From Utricularia gibba (taxonomy: Eukaryota; Plantae; Magnoliophyta), in NCBI GenBank assembly GCA_002189035.1, contig CM007991.1:1-64000 (forward strand): a DNA stretch of 64,000 nt, in the 5' to 3' direction. How positions within the stretch are numbered: the first letter of the stretch is position 1; each line of letters starts with the position of its first letter. Below the pieces are notes generated by a model. The model was not told the DNA's origin and made no database searches. It saw nothing but the letters and a program-made list of their open reading frames with translations. The position numbers and the translations under genes were made by a program. Below, piece after piece: positions 12,725-24,270 of the stretch.

Positions 12725-15700
12725 GCCTCCCTGTCAACTGAGGAGGTGAGGCTACAGAAGTCTGCTTCCTCTTTTACTCCAATTTGCTTTCTTAGTCTTT
12801 CAAACTCAATCCTTCCAAGTGGTTTGGTAAGAATATCTGCAAGTTGTTCCTTGGATTGGGTATATACCAAAGTAACAAATTTTGATTTTACAGCATGTCT
12901 GATGGTATGAAACTTCACTTGCACGTGCTTAGCCTTGCTGAATTAACATGATTTGTTGGCTATCTGAATAGCAGATTGGTTATCAATATGTAAGGGCGTC
13001 GCTTCTGTCTGTGGAAATCCAATATCTTCCAGAAGTTGACGGAGCCATAAACACTGATTCGAGGCCAAAGATGCTGAAATGTACTCAGCCTCAGTAGTGG
13101 ATTGCGCAACAACAGACTGTTTTTTTGTACACCAAGAAAATGGACTTTCATTGAGGTAAATAATATAACCCGATGTGCTCCTTGCATCTTGACTTCCTGC
13201 AAAGTCACTGTCAGTATATGCTCTGAGTCGTGGATAGGTTCCTTCATAGTATGGGTAGAAGATGCCAAAATCTGCTGTTCTTTTGATGTACCTCAGAACT
13301 CTTCGAGCATAATTTAGATGATTTGTTCTCGGATTTTTCATATGTCTAGACAGGACATTAACACAATAGCATATGTCTGGTCTAGTTTGAGATAGAAAAT
13401 TCAGGCTCCCAATTAGGCTTCAATACAGACTAGGATCAGCTAACGGCTCACTCTCATCCATTGTTACTGTTTTCTTTGCTTCCATCGGTGTTCTGCAGCT
13501 GTTAGCATCACTCATGCCAAATTTCATCACTAGCTCAAGTGCATATTTTTTTTGACTTAGAAAAAAACCGGTGTTCTTGGTCTGATGAACCTCTATACCA
13601 AGATAATAATGCATATGTCTCAAATCTGTCATTTTGAACTCAGTCTTGAGTTTTTCTTTAAATTCACAAATCAATTTGGTATTGTTGGAGGTGATCAGCA
13701 GGTCATCAACATAAATACTCACTAATAGTTTGTCATCTCCATCAATTTTGTGATATAGAGTTTGCTCTCCAGATGCTGGAATCAATCCATGTGACTCGAA
13801 AAAAATATTTATGCGCTCATTCCAGGCCCTTGGGGCTTGTTTCAGACCATATAATGCCTTTTTTAACTTCAAGACTTTATGTTCTTGTCCAGGTTTAATA
13901 TAGCCTTCAGGTTGTTGACAATATATATCTTCTGTAATGATTCCATTCAAGAATGCGGTCTTTACATCCATGTGATGAACCTCCCAGTTTTGACTTGCAG
14001 CGATAGCGAGAAGGAGTTTAATAGTCTCCAATCGGGTAACTGGAGCAAAGATTTCATGGTAATTTACGCCAGCTATTTGTGAAAAACCTTGGGCTACCAA
14101 TCTTGCTTTCTTTTTATTTTCTGAACCATCCGCATTGAATTTAGTCTTGTAGATCCATTTTGTACCGATCAGTTTACCAGGCATATTCTTCGGTTGATCA
14201 ACTAAGTCCCATGTATCATTTTCTTTAATGGATTCCATCTCAGCATCCATAGCAGTCACCCAGCTTCTGTCTTTGCATGCCTCAACATAACTGGAAGGAT
14301 CAGATACAGCGTAGCAGGATAAGACATCCACACTGTAAGCTGATGATTCATCTGATGAGCTATACACTGTTCTAGGTCTAACGGCTGATGAAGAATTCAA
14401 CACATCAAACAGAGGCCGCTTACGTTTAACTTCAGTAGGGCGATCATAATCATCCGTGTCAGAGGAAGTATTATCAGAGTCTTGGGTACCATGATATTCC
14501 TCATGTTCAGCAACAGGAACAGGTGACCTTGTAACCCCTATATGATTGGCTGAAGAGAATCCTTCATCATTAACACTCTGTATCCCATCTTGAGAAGTAG
14601 GAGTAGAGTCATCTTGATGTTCTCTAGTGATAATGATGTTGTCGAATTCAGGTGCTTGACCTTCTAGCATATTCTATGATAATATCTGGCTGGTAATAAT
14701 GGCAGGAAGTTGGACACGATGTGTAGACCGTTCAGGAGTTGACTCAGGTGCGGAAGATGGCTGGCCACGAGAAGGATCATGACCTGGCAGGGCAATGTGT
14801 CCGTTCAGCATAGTATATGCTGCAGATTCATCAAATGTCACATCGTTGCTGATGAGTAACGTCTGTGTATCAGGTACATAAACACGGTAGCCCTTTGTGG
14901 CTAAGCTGTAACCAACAAAAATACCAATTTGAACCTTTTCTTGCAACTTAGTCCGCTTCTCCTTGGGCACATGCACATAACACAATGATCCGAATACTTT
15001 TAGATGCCCAATGGTTGCAGATTTTCTTGTCCAAAGTTCATAAGAAGACCTACCATTAATAACTCGAGATGGCAACATATTCAACAAGTACACAACTGTG
15101 CATGCGGCTTCTGCCCAGAAACAGAGGTAATTTTTTTTCAAATAGAAGGCAACGAGTCATTTCCAGAATGGTGCGGTTTTTGCGTTCACTCACGCCGTTT
15201 TGTTCAGGAGTATACGGCGCAGTAAATTGATGTAGAATACCTTCATTGCAGCATAGATCCGTGAAGGCTTTGAAGGTATACTTACCTCCATTATCAGATC
15301 GAAGCACCTTGATTTTCTTCTCACTCTGTTTTTCTACCATGGCTTTAAAGAGTTTAAACTTGGTGATGGTTTCAGACTTTAATTGCAAAAAAAAAATCCA
15401 ACAGTATTTTGAAAAATCATCAATAAAAGTCAATAAGTACTTACTGCCGTTCAATGAAGCTTCCTTGAATGGACCACATAAATCGGTATGTATCAACTCA
15501 AGTTTAGTAGTGCTGATTGTGTTGCTGATCCGGTATAACTTGCGTACTGCTTTGCCTTTTTGACACGTATTGCAGCAAAAATCAGCAAATTTGATATCCT
15601 TTAATTCACTGATAATTCCATTTTGTTGCATGATCTTCATGTTGTTTATGCTGCAGTGTCCCAGACGTTTATGCCATAACCGTGAGTCTTCTGAGACTGA

Positions 15701-17150
15701 AGAAGCTAGAATTAGAGGGTCCGGGAAGCTCAGTTTGTACAAGTTGTTGTGTAAGCACATGGCCACCATAGATTGAAGTTTGTTCGGACTTGTAATCAAA
15801 ACTCCTTCTTTTTTCAGTTGTAGATTGAATCCTTGACGTTGGAGTTGGCCCATGTTGAGGAGATTTTGCACAATTTCAGGTGCATAACACACATTTTCGA
15901 TAATGAAAAACCCGGTTTGAGCAGGTAGTCTAATAGTCCATTTACCTAGAATCTTGATAGCGTGTCCGGTTGATCCCCATACATTACTATCAACAACTTC
16001 AGTTATGGAAATGAAGTATTTTAAATCTGCGCACACATAACAAGTGGCTCCACTATCCACGTACCATCCCTTTTTTGGTGGATCTATTCTGGACATGAGG
16101 ACGAATTCAACATCACCAACATCTAGGAGAGATATTTCTCTTGAACCTTCAAAATAGGTGAGTGGTGCGGATTGATCCTGTCCTGTGTTCTTATCTGACT
16201 TTGCTGTTTCACTCTTAGTTGCTGTCTTTGTGGGACAGACTTTCTCGACGTGTCCTTTGGCCTTGCAATGACTGCATTTAGCCTCAGGGTGATACCAGCA
16301 TAGCTCTGACTTATGAAATGGTTTCTTGCAATGCATACACAAGGGGGCATTTTTTTTCCAGCAATTTTCAACAATGTGATTATCTCTATCACAATAACTG
16401 CATTTTCTTGCTGTGAGTGTTGATGAGTTACTTGCGGATCCTTTTCCTGTATTCTCGGATGCCATATTTCCTTTTGTAAACAACACAGATTCAGCTTGGA
16501 TATTGGAACTTCTTTTTTTCACGAAGCTGCATGCGCTTCTCAGAGGACTGCAATTCGCCGATAAATTCAGAGAAAGTCATATCTTCTTCATGCCCTGTAA
16601 TCTTTCTGATTTTTTCTTCAAGTTCTATAGCACATAACTTAGCTTCAAAATGCTTTGGCAGACTCATCATGGCCTTCTCAATGACCTTGGAATCTGGAAG
16701 ATCTTCTCCTAGCGCACGAATCTCATTGACGAGCTTGGATGTTCTGTCGGCGTACTGCTTGAGAGTCTCATGATCTCCCATCTCGTTGCGCTCGAACTCT
16801 TCCATTAAGCTTCGTCTGTTGTATTTTTTCATTTTGTCTCCACCTCCATATATCTCTTGCAACTTGTCCCATATCTGTTTGGGAGTACTACAAGTAGCTA
16901 TTTTGTCAAAAACATCTTCAGATAGGGCAGCATGAAGAATGGTAACAGTAGCATACTTTGAGTCCTCAAACTGCTCGAACAACTTGAGCTCGGCATCTGT
17001 AGGCTCTTTGGGTAAGATGGGTGCAATGGGTTCTTTGATAACCACTGACCAAAGATGTTTTAGTTTCAGGTAAGGTGTTATCTTGAGAACCCATTGAGGG
17101 TAGTTGCTACCAGTAAATATTGGCAGTGTGGGTGCACCAATGGGATTCAT
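12634..17150 (-). pseudogene. Copia gag-pol, broken by 3 in-frame stops and 2 frameshifts
   Basis: ORF pieces 17150-16491, 16522-15056, 15141-14674, 14670-13420, 13341-12943 and 12924-12634. In-frame stops: TAG 14674-14676, TGA 13420-13422, TAA 12943-12945. Frameshifts near 16513-16519 and ~15120. Confidence 0.93.
12725..12735 (-). other. Polypurine tract (GACAGGGAGGC) of copia element
   Basis: Purine-rich stretch directly upstream of the 3' LTR start TGTTGA on minus. Confidence 0.8.
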
Positions 17151-17204
17151 AATAGCTATGACAGCATTAAGATTGAAGCTTGAGCACAGGAATGGAAGAC
17201 TGAA

Positions 17205-17216
17205 GTTCTGATACCA
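17205..17216 (-). other. Primer-binding site (TGGTATCAGAAC, initiator tRNA-Met type)
   Basis: TGGTATCAGA directly follows the CA end of the 5' LTR on minus. Confidence 0.93.
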
Positions 17217-17467
17217 TGAAGAGGTTCATACGTTTACAGAACAGAGAGCACAGGATAGGGAAACACTATTCATTGCCGCAAAAAAGAAAAAGATGGAAAA
17301 AATTACATGAGATAAGTTCTATTTATATCTAAGGATTCACGAGAACAAAACGGCCCAATTGATAAGGCCCATGGCTTCATTTTTTCACCACAGAACCAGC
17401 ATCATACTTCACCGTAGACAGCTGCGGTTCTTGCTTACTTGACAACACCTCAAGGCGACGTTCAACA
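17217..17467 (-). repeat. 5' LTR of copia element (251 bp)
   Basis: Near-identical to 12474-12724; flanked by the TSD and the PBS. Confidence 0.97.
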
Positions 17468-17600
17468 AGCTTCACCATGGCAAATATGAATCTATTTATA
17501 GATCATTTGCTAGAAACTTGGACAGGCTAGTTATTCAGTCTTCCACATCCCAGAAATTTGTCTCTTTAGCTTTGTATACACAAATTTCTACGCTTTCCTC

Positions 17601-18433
17601 TTGCCTAGCGTTCTGATTCCACTAACAAGATTGTCGTTCGGCAGTTCAGAGTTTGAGCTTGCCTATTTTTTCTCTTCATCTGGTTGCAAAATACTCGCCG
17701 CCGATATGCCTCACTTCATGCAAATTCACGCCGTTGATTCTACAAGAAGAGCTCACGACAGTCTGGAGAAGTTCACCTCAAAGACCATGGCTTTCACCAT
17801 CAAAAAGGTAAACTACGTAACAACTAAGATTGGTTCATGATGAATCCACCAGAACATTACCCTAACTTTTTTTCTTCTTATTTTTCGAGTGAGACAGACC
17901 AATTGGTAGTCGGTACTCACTCAGAAGACAAAATAAAAAGAAAGAATGAAGTAGCTATTCTTTTACGAAGTAATGGTGAATCCAAAAGATGTTAACAGTG
18001 AAGCAACCTTTCTTATTTATATTTATAGCAAATGGTGGATAGTCTTAGAACTCAGATGTATTTGAGAGGTGGTTATTAGAATTTCCCCATAGAAGTTGCT
18101 TGTTATAACAAGTCGCTGACTGGTTCGGTCTTTCTTTTAAGCATTTGAGAGTGGCTATGGGTTAGGCATTTGAGTAATCGCCTCTCAATCTTCCTCCTCG
18201 GTTCCTATTCTTTCTCCACAAGCACGGGGTGGGATGGTAAAGTGGAAACCGGTAAATGGTAACTCCGTCTGCTTGCAGGAGTTTGACGGTGTTTACGGTC
18301 CTGCTTGGCACTGCATCGTAGGGACCAGCTTTGGTTCATTTGTGACTCATTCAGTCGGCAGTTTCGTCTACCTGTGCATGGATCACAAACTCTACATACT
18401 TCTCTTTAAACCGCGGTACAAAGAGCAAATTGA
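17601..18433 (+). pseudogene. Dynein light chain type 1 family gene, 5'-truncated with a C-terminal frameshift
   Basis: RLSFGSSEFELA...ILAADMPHFMQIHAV...LEKFTSKTMAFTIKK (to 17807), intron, then EFDGVYGPAWHCIVGTSFGSFVTHS from 18279. No in-frame ATG precedes the homologous region (stop at 17511). Adding one A at 18408-18410 restores the family-type end KTAVQRAN* (TGA 18431-18433). Confidence 0.75.
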
Positions 18434-19413
18434 CGATGATTACACCCTCCGCAGCAGACGTCCATTTGATATAGAAGCGGCGCAAGTTGCCTGAATTTTG
18501 GGTGATGGAAGTTAATTCTCATACCAAGTTTGGTTCTTGTCTACTCTACAACCGTGGAATCAACATGGGTATTTCTGTCTTCCCCATTTGACATTTCATC
18601 TCAAACTGGATTCCTATGTATATTCGTTTTGTAAGAGAGGAAGGATTTTTCAACGCAAATATTCAGATGCCATTAATTTGGTGAAATAGCAAAAGAACTC
18701 TCGGTAGCATTGATGAGGTGTCGGCCCAGCGAAGTGGAGGATAGAGTAGATTGCATCTATCTAATCAATACCAAATGTCCGAATCCTTTTTTTTTTTTTT
18801 TTCCGAGGACGTGTCAAAAACCCAACAAACAGGAAGTTGTAAGTCGCCCTCATGTTGGGCCCTTGCTCTTAAGCCTTCTCTGCCAGTTCAAAACATGAGA
18901 ATAAACTATAAAGAGCGATGAAGTTCCTTAAGATCATTTATGTGTATAAGAACCTTGATTTGTGAGTTGGAGTGACCCCGAATCCGATCACACTCCCGAA
19001 CGCAACCAAGATTTTCTTTCGGATGGTGAGAAGCGGTCCACGGGGTGTGAATAATGAACCAACATTTTTTTTTGTAATTCAAAATGGATTTTGATGGGTC
19101 AGCGACTCAGCGTGGTATCCTCGTTCTCGTTTTCATACAAAGGGTGAAAACCAGGCAGAGCGTTTTTCTAGCGTGCGCAGTACAGTAGGCGCACTTTAGA
19201 GGCTGTCAGCCAGCCTGCCCTCACATCACGGCCCACTCTCGTCTTGGGGGCTGGATTAGCGATTTTTGTGTTTTCACCTACGGTGGACTTCAATTCACCC
19301 TCTTCTTCTATATTGATTCTCATCCGCATCCTCCTGCACACATTTTCACCCCACTCACACTGCCGCTGTTTGTGCTTACTGGTTAATTTGCGTGGGTGGA
19401 TAGAACTCGAGAA

Positions 19414-20837
19414 ATGGATCCTGCTCCTTTGGTTAACGAGCCCTCATTTACTACACCTGAAAACCCGTCTTCACCCGCCTTAGGAGTGCTGCTCTCCATT
19501 CCGATGTCCGGGGGGGAACTGGGTCTCAGAATGGGAAGCTTGTCCGCCGCTAGTGGAGGTGTAGAGGAGTCCACTGTGACAGAGCACAGCGTCGGCCGTT
19601 GCGTGAATGGCGGTGGGAAGAAGCGCAGATTCACTCTGAACTCTTATGATGATGGGTCTTACAAGTTTGTTCCCACCAGAACCCTGCCAATCAACATTTT
19701 GTAAGTAAAAGTTAAAACTCTTCTTTCTACCAGCTGTTGTTGGGTCCTGTTCCATTGGTTTTACAAAAAGAATCTTTGTCACTGCAATTCCAGTCTCAGT
19801 TACACACTTGTTTTGTTCGTCGGTTTTCACCGTTATCTGAGATTTCTGATTATTTAAGAGTCCTCTCATGGATCTTTTGTCAAAACCTGAAATTTAGTGT
19901 CCGAAATTTTCACTTTTTACGAAGAAGTTTCATCAACGGAACTGGTTGTTTTCTCTTATCTCGACGATACCTTTTCCTTGTAATCTGTCAAGGAGCGACC
20001 ACAGGTGCCCAAATTCAGAAATGAAAATGGTGATTCCAGACCAGAAGGAGAAGAAAATCACAACGCTGTTAACGAGAAGACTATCCCTGAACCACCAAAG
20101 GATTATATCCATGTTCGAGCTAGAAGAGGACAAGCTACTGATAGCCACAGTTTGGCTGAAAGAGTAATTTATCACTCACCTGCTTCTGTGTTAACTGTCT
20201 ATTCACTGTTCCATCGGTGACGTCCTTTAGACTAAAAGAGTACAAGTTAAACTAAACCGTGTTACAGGAAGGCGTTTCAGAGTCGCAGTCGGAAACGCCA
20301 CCAAAAATCTCGATTTTCTTTCCCTTCGGTTTCTCATATATATACTTGTTTTTTTTTTTGGCGCTGTTCAGGCACGGAGAGAGAAGATAAGCGAGAGGAT
20401 GAAGATCTTGCAAGACTTGGTACCAGGATGTAACAAGGTGCTACCTTTTTCTCTGCTTGTGCTATAGTACGCTAACAGCGCTAAACAAATGGTTTAACCG
20501 GTTCTTCAGATTGTTGGAAAAGCTCTTGTTCTTGACGAAATTATAAACTACATCCAATCTTTGCAGCACCAAGTTGAGGTATCACTGTTCACCACTAAAA
20601 TGTTGCATGGCCATTCATCCTTTCGCACGCCTTACTCCACTTAGCTTCATCTCTTCCCTCCCCAGTTTCTCTCTATGAAGCTTGAAGCTGTTTGCTCTAG
20701 ATTTCCTTCCAGAGACGTGAGTCTCCTGCTTCATTCATCCATTCAGTAGCGAGCCATCTGCATTGTATTATTAATACCCTTTTGAGCATCCTTTGCAGCT
20801 AGCTTCTCGAATGCTTGATGGCAACGGAATGGGGTGA
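19414..20837 (+). CDS. bHLH transcription factor, CIB/BPE/BEE-like (subfamily XII), ~6 exons
   Basis: [21 protein letters not shown]|[22 protein letters not shown]|[23 protein letters not shown]|FLSMKLEAV. The exon 1-2 phases only fit with one extra base near 19682. The C-terminus is short and its last exon is uncertain. Confidence 0.88.
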
Positions 20838-21786
20838 AGGTGGAAGTACGCCTGTCGGTATTATGAAGCTCAGATCTGTGCCGATATGGAAGTAGACTAG
20901 ATGCTGTTTATTGCCATGAGTGTTGTCGGGAGCAGCCATTTCGACTTCTGTATAAAATTGCTGTTGAAATGTGAACTTCAATGACGATTTGGTAAGAAAT
21001 CAGGCAAACCGCAGATTCTAAGGCCTGTGTGTCGCTTTACCCTGAAACTCAGATGAAGATTACGAGAGCAGATACTGAGAGGATTTAACCCCTACATCAC
21101 GAGTATTCATTTCAAACAAAAGTAAATCCGTGAAAACAAACGCGCACACACACAAAAAAGAAATAGGAAAAGGATTTGAAAGAAATGAGAAGCACCATGG
21201 GGAATTATGTCTTCAAATAACGTAACCTTGCGGGAAAACCTAATCCAATCCTCCTCTGTTCTTCCCTGACTGCTGCCTAACAGCAACAAAATATTTTCTT
21301 TTTTTCGAAAAGAAAGCAAACCCAGTCATGAACTTGTGGACAACACTTTTGTTGCCTAACCCTACCCTCCGTGTTTGATGAAGTTCACAACAAGAAAGTT
21401 CGGTGAGGATGTTTTTGGGTGAGGTCTGTGGCACGTGTTCCATGGAGACTTAATAAAAACGCGATCCCGATCAAAACTACGGTTGTGGCAAGTGCCGACC
21501 ACATCCTTCAGCGTTCAAAACCCAGCTTCAATTCCATTCCATTCCTATTTCCTGCCTCAGCAGGGAGACGAGACGAGACGACAGCAATATTACTTGAGAA
21601 ATAAATACCCGGACCAGCCAATCTGGCAATCATCTCTTTTTAATGTTTTTTTCATTATTATTATTATTATTTCTGCCGACGACTCGCGCTGCGTGAAATA
21701 ATATATGTGAAATGTGAATGGGCTACGCTAATCTGTCGGGGCCAATCAATAAATAAAAAGCGGATGGGATGAGAATTATGTCAGGT

Positions 21787-22516
21787 TTCAATGCCATGTT
21801 GTTCCGATTGACTTTAAATCAAGAGATTCAGTATCTCAAAGCAAACACTTGAAGGAGCATGTCGAGAGTTGAAAAACAGGGGAGTGCTTCATAAGCTTCT
21901 TGAAGCAATTCTCAAGGCGGGCAACAGAATGAATGCTGGAAATGCTCGAGGTTTCGATTTAAGTGCACTTCGCAGGCTTTCCGATGTCAAGAGTACGAAC
22001 GGAGATACAACACTGCCGCACTTCACAGTCGAGCAGGTGATTCAATCCCAGGGTAAACGCCCTACGAATGAAAGAAATTAAGAGATTCGTTCTATCCTAA
22101 ATTCAAGGCTTTCTAAAGAAAAGCATATCCCATTGCAATGATAATGATCTCAAGGGATTTCTGGGGAAATGGAAGGGTTCTTAGAAGAGTGCGGACAGGA
22201 GCTTGGTGTAGTGAGAGAAGAGGAGAAGAAGGTGCTAGAGCTTGTAAAGAAGACAGCCGAATATTTTCAAGCGGATCAAAAAGACGGCAACCCAATGCAT
22301 CTTTTTGTCATTGTTAAGGATTTCGTGAACAACGTTGATCGAACCTTTAGCGAAATCTCGAGTAAACTACAGAAGGGTGACGCTGCAATTACTAGTTCAT
22401 TGCAATCATCATCACCATCTCGGCCCAAGTCTCCGCGATCAAGCCAGGCCTTGCACTCTCACATCATAGCGCAGAGATCTAAATCAACTTCCACGGACTC
22501 GGAGGATGCCTTCTGA
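21787..22516 (+). pseudogene. Class I formin FH2-domain C-terminal remnant
   Basis: FNAMLFR...[33 protein letters not shown]...[16 protein letters not shown] and LFVIVKDFVNNVDRT...DSEDAF*. It has a frameshift near 21840, stops at ~22079-22150, internal deletions, and no FH1 or N-terminal part. Confidence 0.85.
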
Positions 22517-22900
22517 TCATAGTTTTGAACTTCTAATGATGTATAGAGTTATTGTTTGATGGTTCTAAGTCACAGGCGCGGCATTTTCCCAGTGCATCTG
22601 TGGCATACAGAAGAACGCTTTACACAAATCAACTCAACGATATTCTTACAGTTTGGTCATAATCCATTTCTTCGGGAGTGTGAAAATATTCCTCAATCTA
22701 CAGTAGGCTTGCTACAGAAAACAGACCTCTAAGACAAAGAGTCAAACCAACCCAGAATCCCATTTCTATACCGACGTCAGGAAAAGAATCAGTCAATGAT
22801 CATATGGAAGTAAACAAACATCATTCACAGGAAAACAGAGTCCTGAAACGCAAACTTATGGAACTTGAAACAAGGACTCTTAACATCGGGCGATGTAACA

Positions 22901-24227
22901 TCACGCACCAATATTGAGGGTTGCGTTGTCATCCAGTGCAAAGCCGTATTGTTTCCGGCAGCCCGGGCAGCGACCATCATCCTCAAGAATTCTCTTGTGG
23001 CAGAAAAGGCAGAGCTTGAATCCGCATGAACAAGGGATGAAGTTTGAATCTGTACAGTCTAAATCCTCGCAGCATATTGGGCATGAAGAAGGCACAGGCC
23101 TACTCGAATTCACAGAACCCCAGAGAGGATAACCTGCTTAACTCCCTGCTTGGAGTTCACGAAGCTGTATTGCTTTGATAAGTTGGGCAAGCCCTGCGGA
23201 CGAAACGAATCATCTGGCCTCCATGCACGGGTATTCACATAAGCCTTCAGCAGATCTGTTCCTCCAGTCTGTTTTTCTGAAAATGGGGAACGAGTTCCAC
23301 AAAAAGGTTGAGACTGAGACGTAATTTCATCTTCATGCTCCTCTGAATGGGCAGAACCAGACCCTGAGGGAGAGATATGCTGGTGCTCTTGCTCTTGCTG
23401 CTTAAATTCGGCAGCAGCTAATTCATCAGCCATGGTCTCCCAGTCATCCAAGCAATCATCTTCTTCACCAGCATCCCCATCATCGTCCCCACTCACAGCA
23501 ACGGAAAAGGAGCCGCTACAGCTACTGCTGCTGCTTCTACCACTCCTTGAACTGCATCTCGTACTCGCAGAGAGCCCACAGTCATTGCTACCCAATATGC
23601 TACTGCTGTCGCGGGGGGGTTGGGCTCAGAATCACTGTAATGATGCTCGGATGATCCACTGCCATACAAGACGTTCTGAACCGTCTGTTTTAGCTCCAAC
23701 TCCTCCATAGGAAAGCTCCCTCGACTCTCCAAGCAAACCGGTTCCCTCTTCCCATCCCAAGAAACATTTGAAACCTCGTCGCGTTCACCCTTACTTTTCA
23801 CTAGAAACATCAAGGCATCATCAAAAAAAGTGGTAAAATTGGCTAGAGCACAGAAGGAAACTAAAAAAGAGTTATTGAAAGACCTTGAGAAAGCCACTGC
23901 TCGCGGCGGGCATCGAGCTTGCACTGCTTCAACTTAGCCGAGCGATTGCCCTAAATGTGAAACATTGAAAAGATCCTAAATTTAAAAGACCCAAAAATCT
24001 TGGAGACGCAGGGAATCAGAAAACCTAGTTAGGAATCCAATTTCAAAACATGAGAAATCCCTAAGGTAAAATCGCGAAAGCATAAACAACCAAGAAACGC
24101 GGCCATCAAAAACAGAAGAGGCGCAGTTGATCATGCATGCACTGAATTCAGAAATTAAACTCCATACCCTTCTCTTCTTAGGTGAAGCCATGGCAGCTGA
24201 GGTTTTGGGGATTGCGTCAGAAATCAT
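22901..24227 (-). CDS. RING protein with NOT4-like C4C4 RING (plant AKLKQCKLDARREQWLSQ family), 3 exons, two apparent -1 frameshifts
   Basis: Exon 1 MISDAI...KKRR|, exon 2 GNRSAKLKQCKLDARREQWLSQ|, exon 3 with LDDWETMADEL, RAWRPDDSFRPQGLPNLSKQ and CPICCEDLD...CSCGFKLCLFCH...CPGCRK. Frame breaks at the G7 run 23613-23619 and near 23118-23134. Confidence 0.88.
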
Positions 24228-24262
24228 GGATACGAACCGAGGAAGGCAATTCCGGGGGGAAA

Positions 24263-24270
24263 AAACCCTA
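24263..24270 (+). promoter_or_regulatory. Telo-box (AAACCCTA) in the leader region of the RING gene
   Basis: Exact AAACCCTAA ~36 bp from the ATG at 24227. Function not shown. Confidence 0.45.

Larger units (their letters stand above)
12474..17467 (-). mobile_element. Full-length Ty1/copia LTR retrotransposon (Ale/Ivana-like), coding region disabled
   Basis: Two 251-bp LTRs (TG...CA on minus), AGCTT TSD at 12469-12473 and 17468-17472, PBS and PPT. Domain order is gag, CCHC, protease (DSGAT), integrase (HKRLGH, DLCGP, DNGG, ERKNRT), RT (KTAFLNG, LYGLKQAPRAW, YVDD) and RNase H (TDSDFAG, EAEY, ADILTK). Lineage is inferred from size and short LTRs. Confidence 0.98.

Noticed and set aside
16513-16519. 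Possible programmed ribosomal frameshift in copia gag
   Set aside because: It lies inside Gag before the zinc knuckles, in an A7 run. Plant copia gag-pol is normally one ORF, so an indel is simpler.
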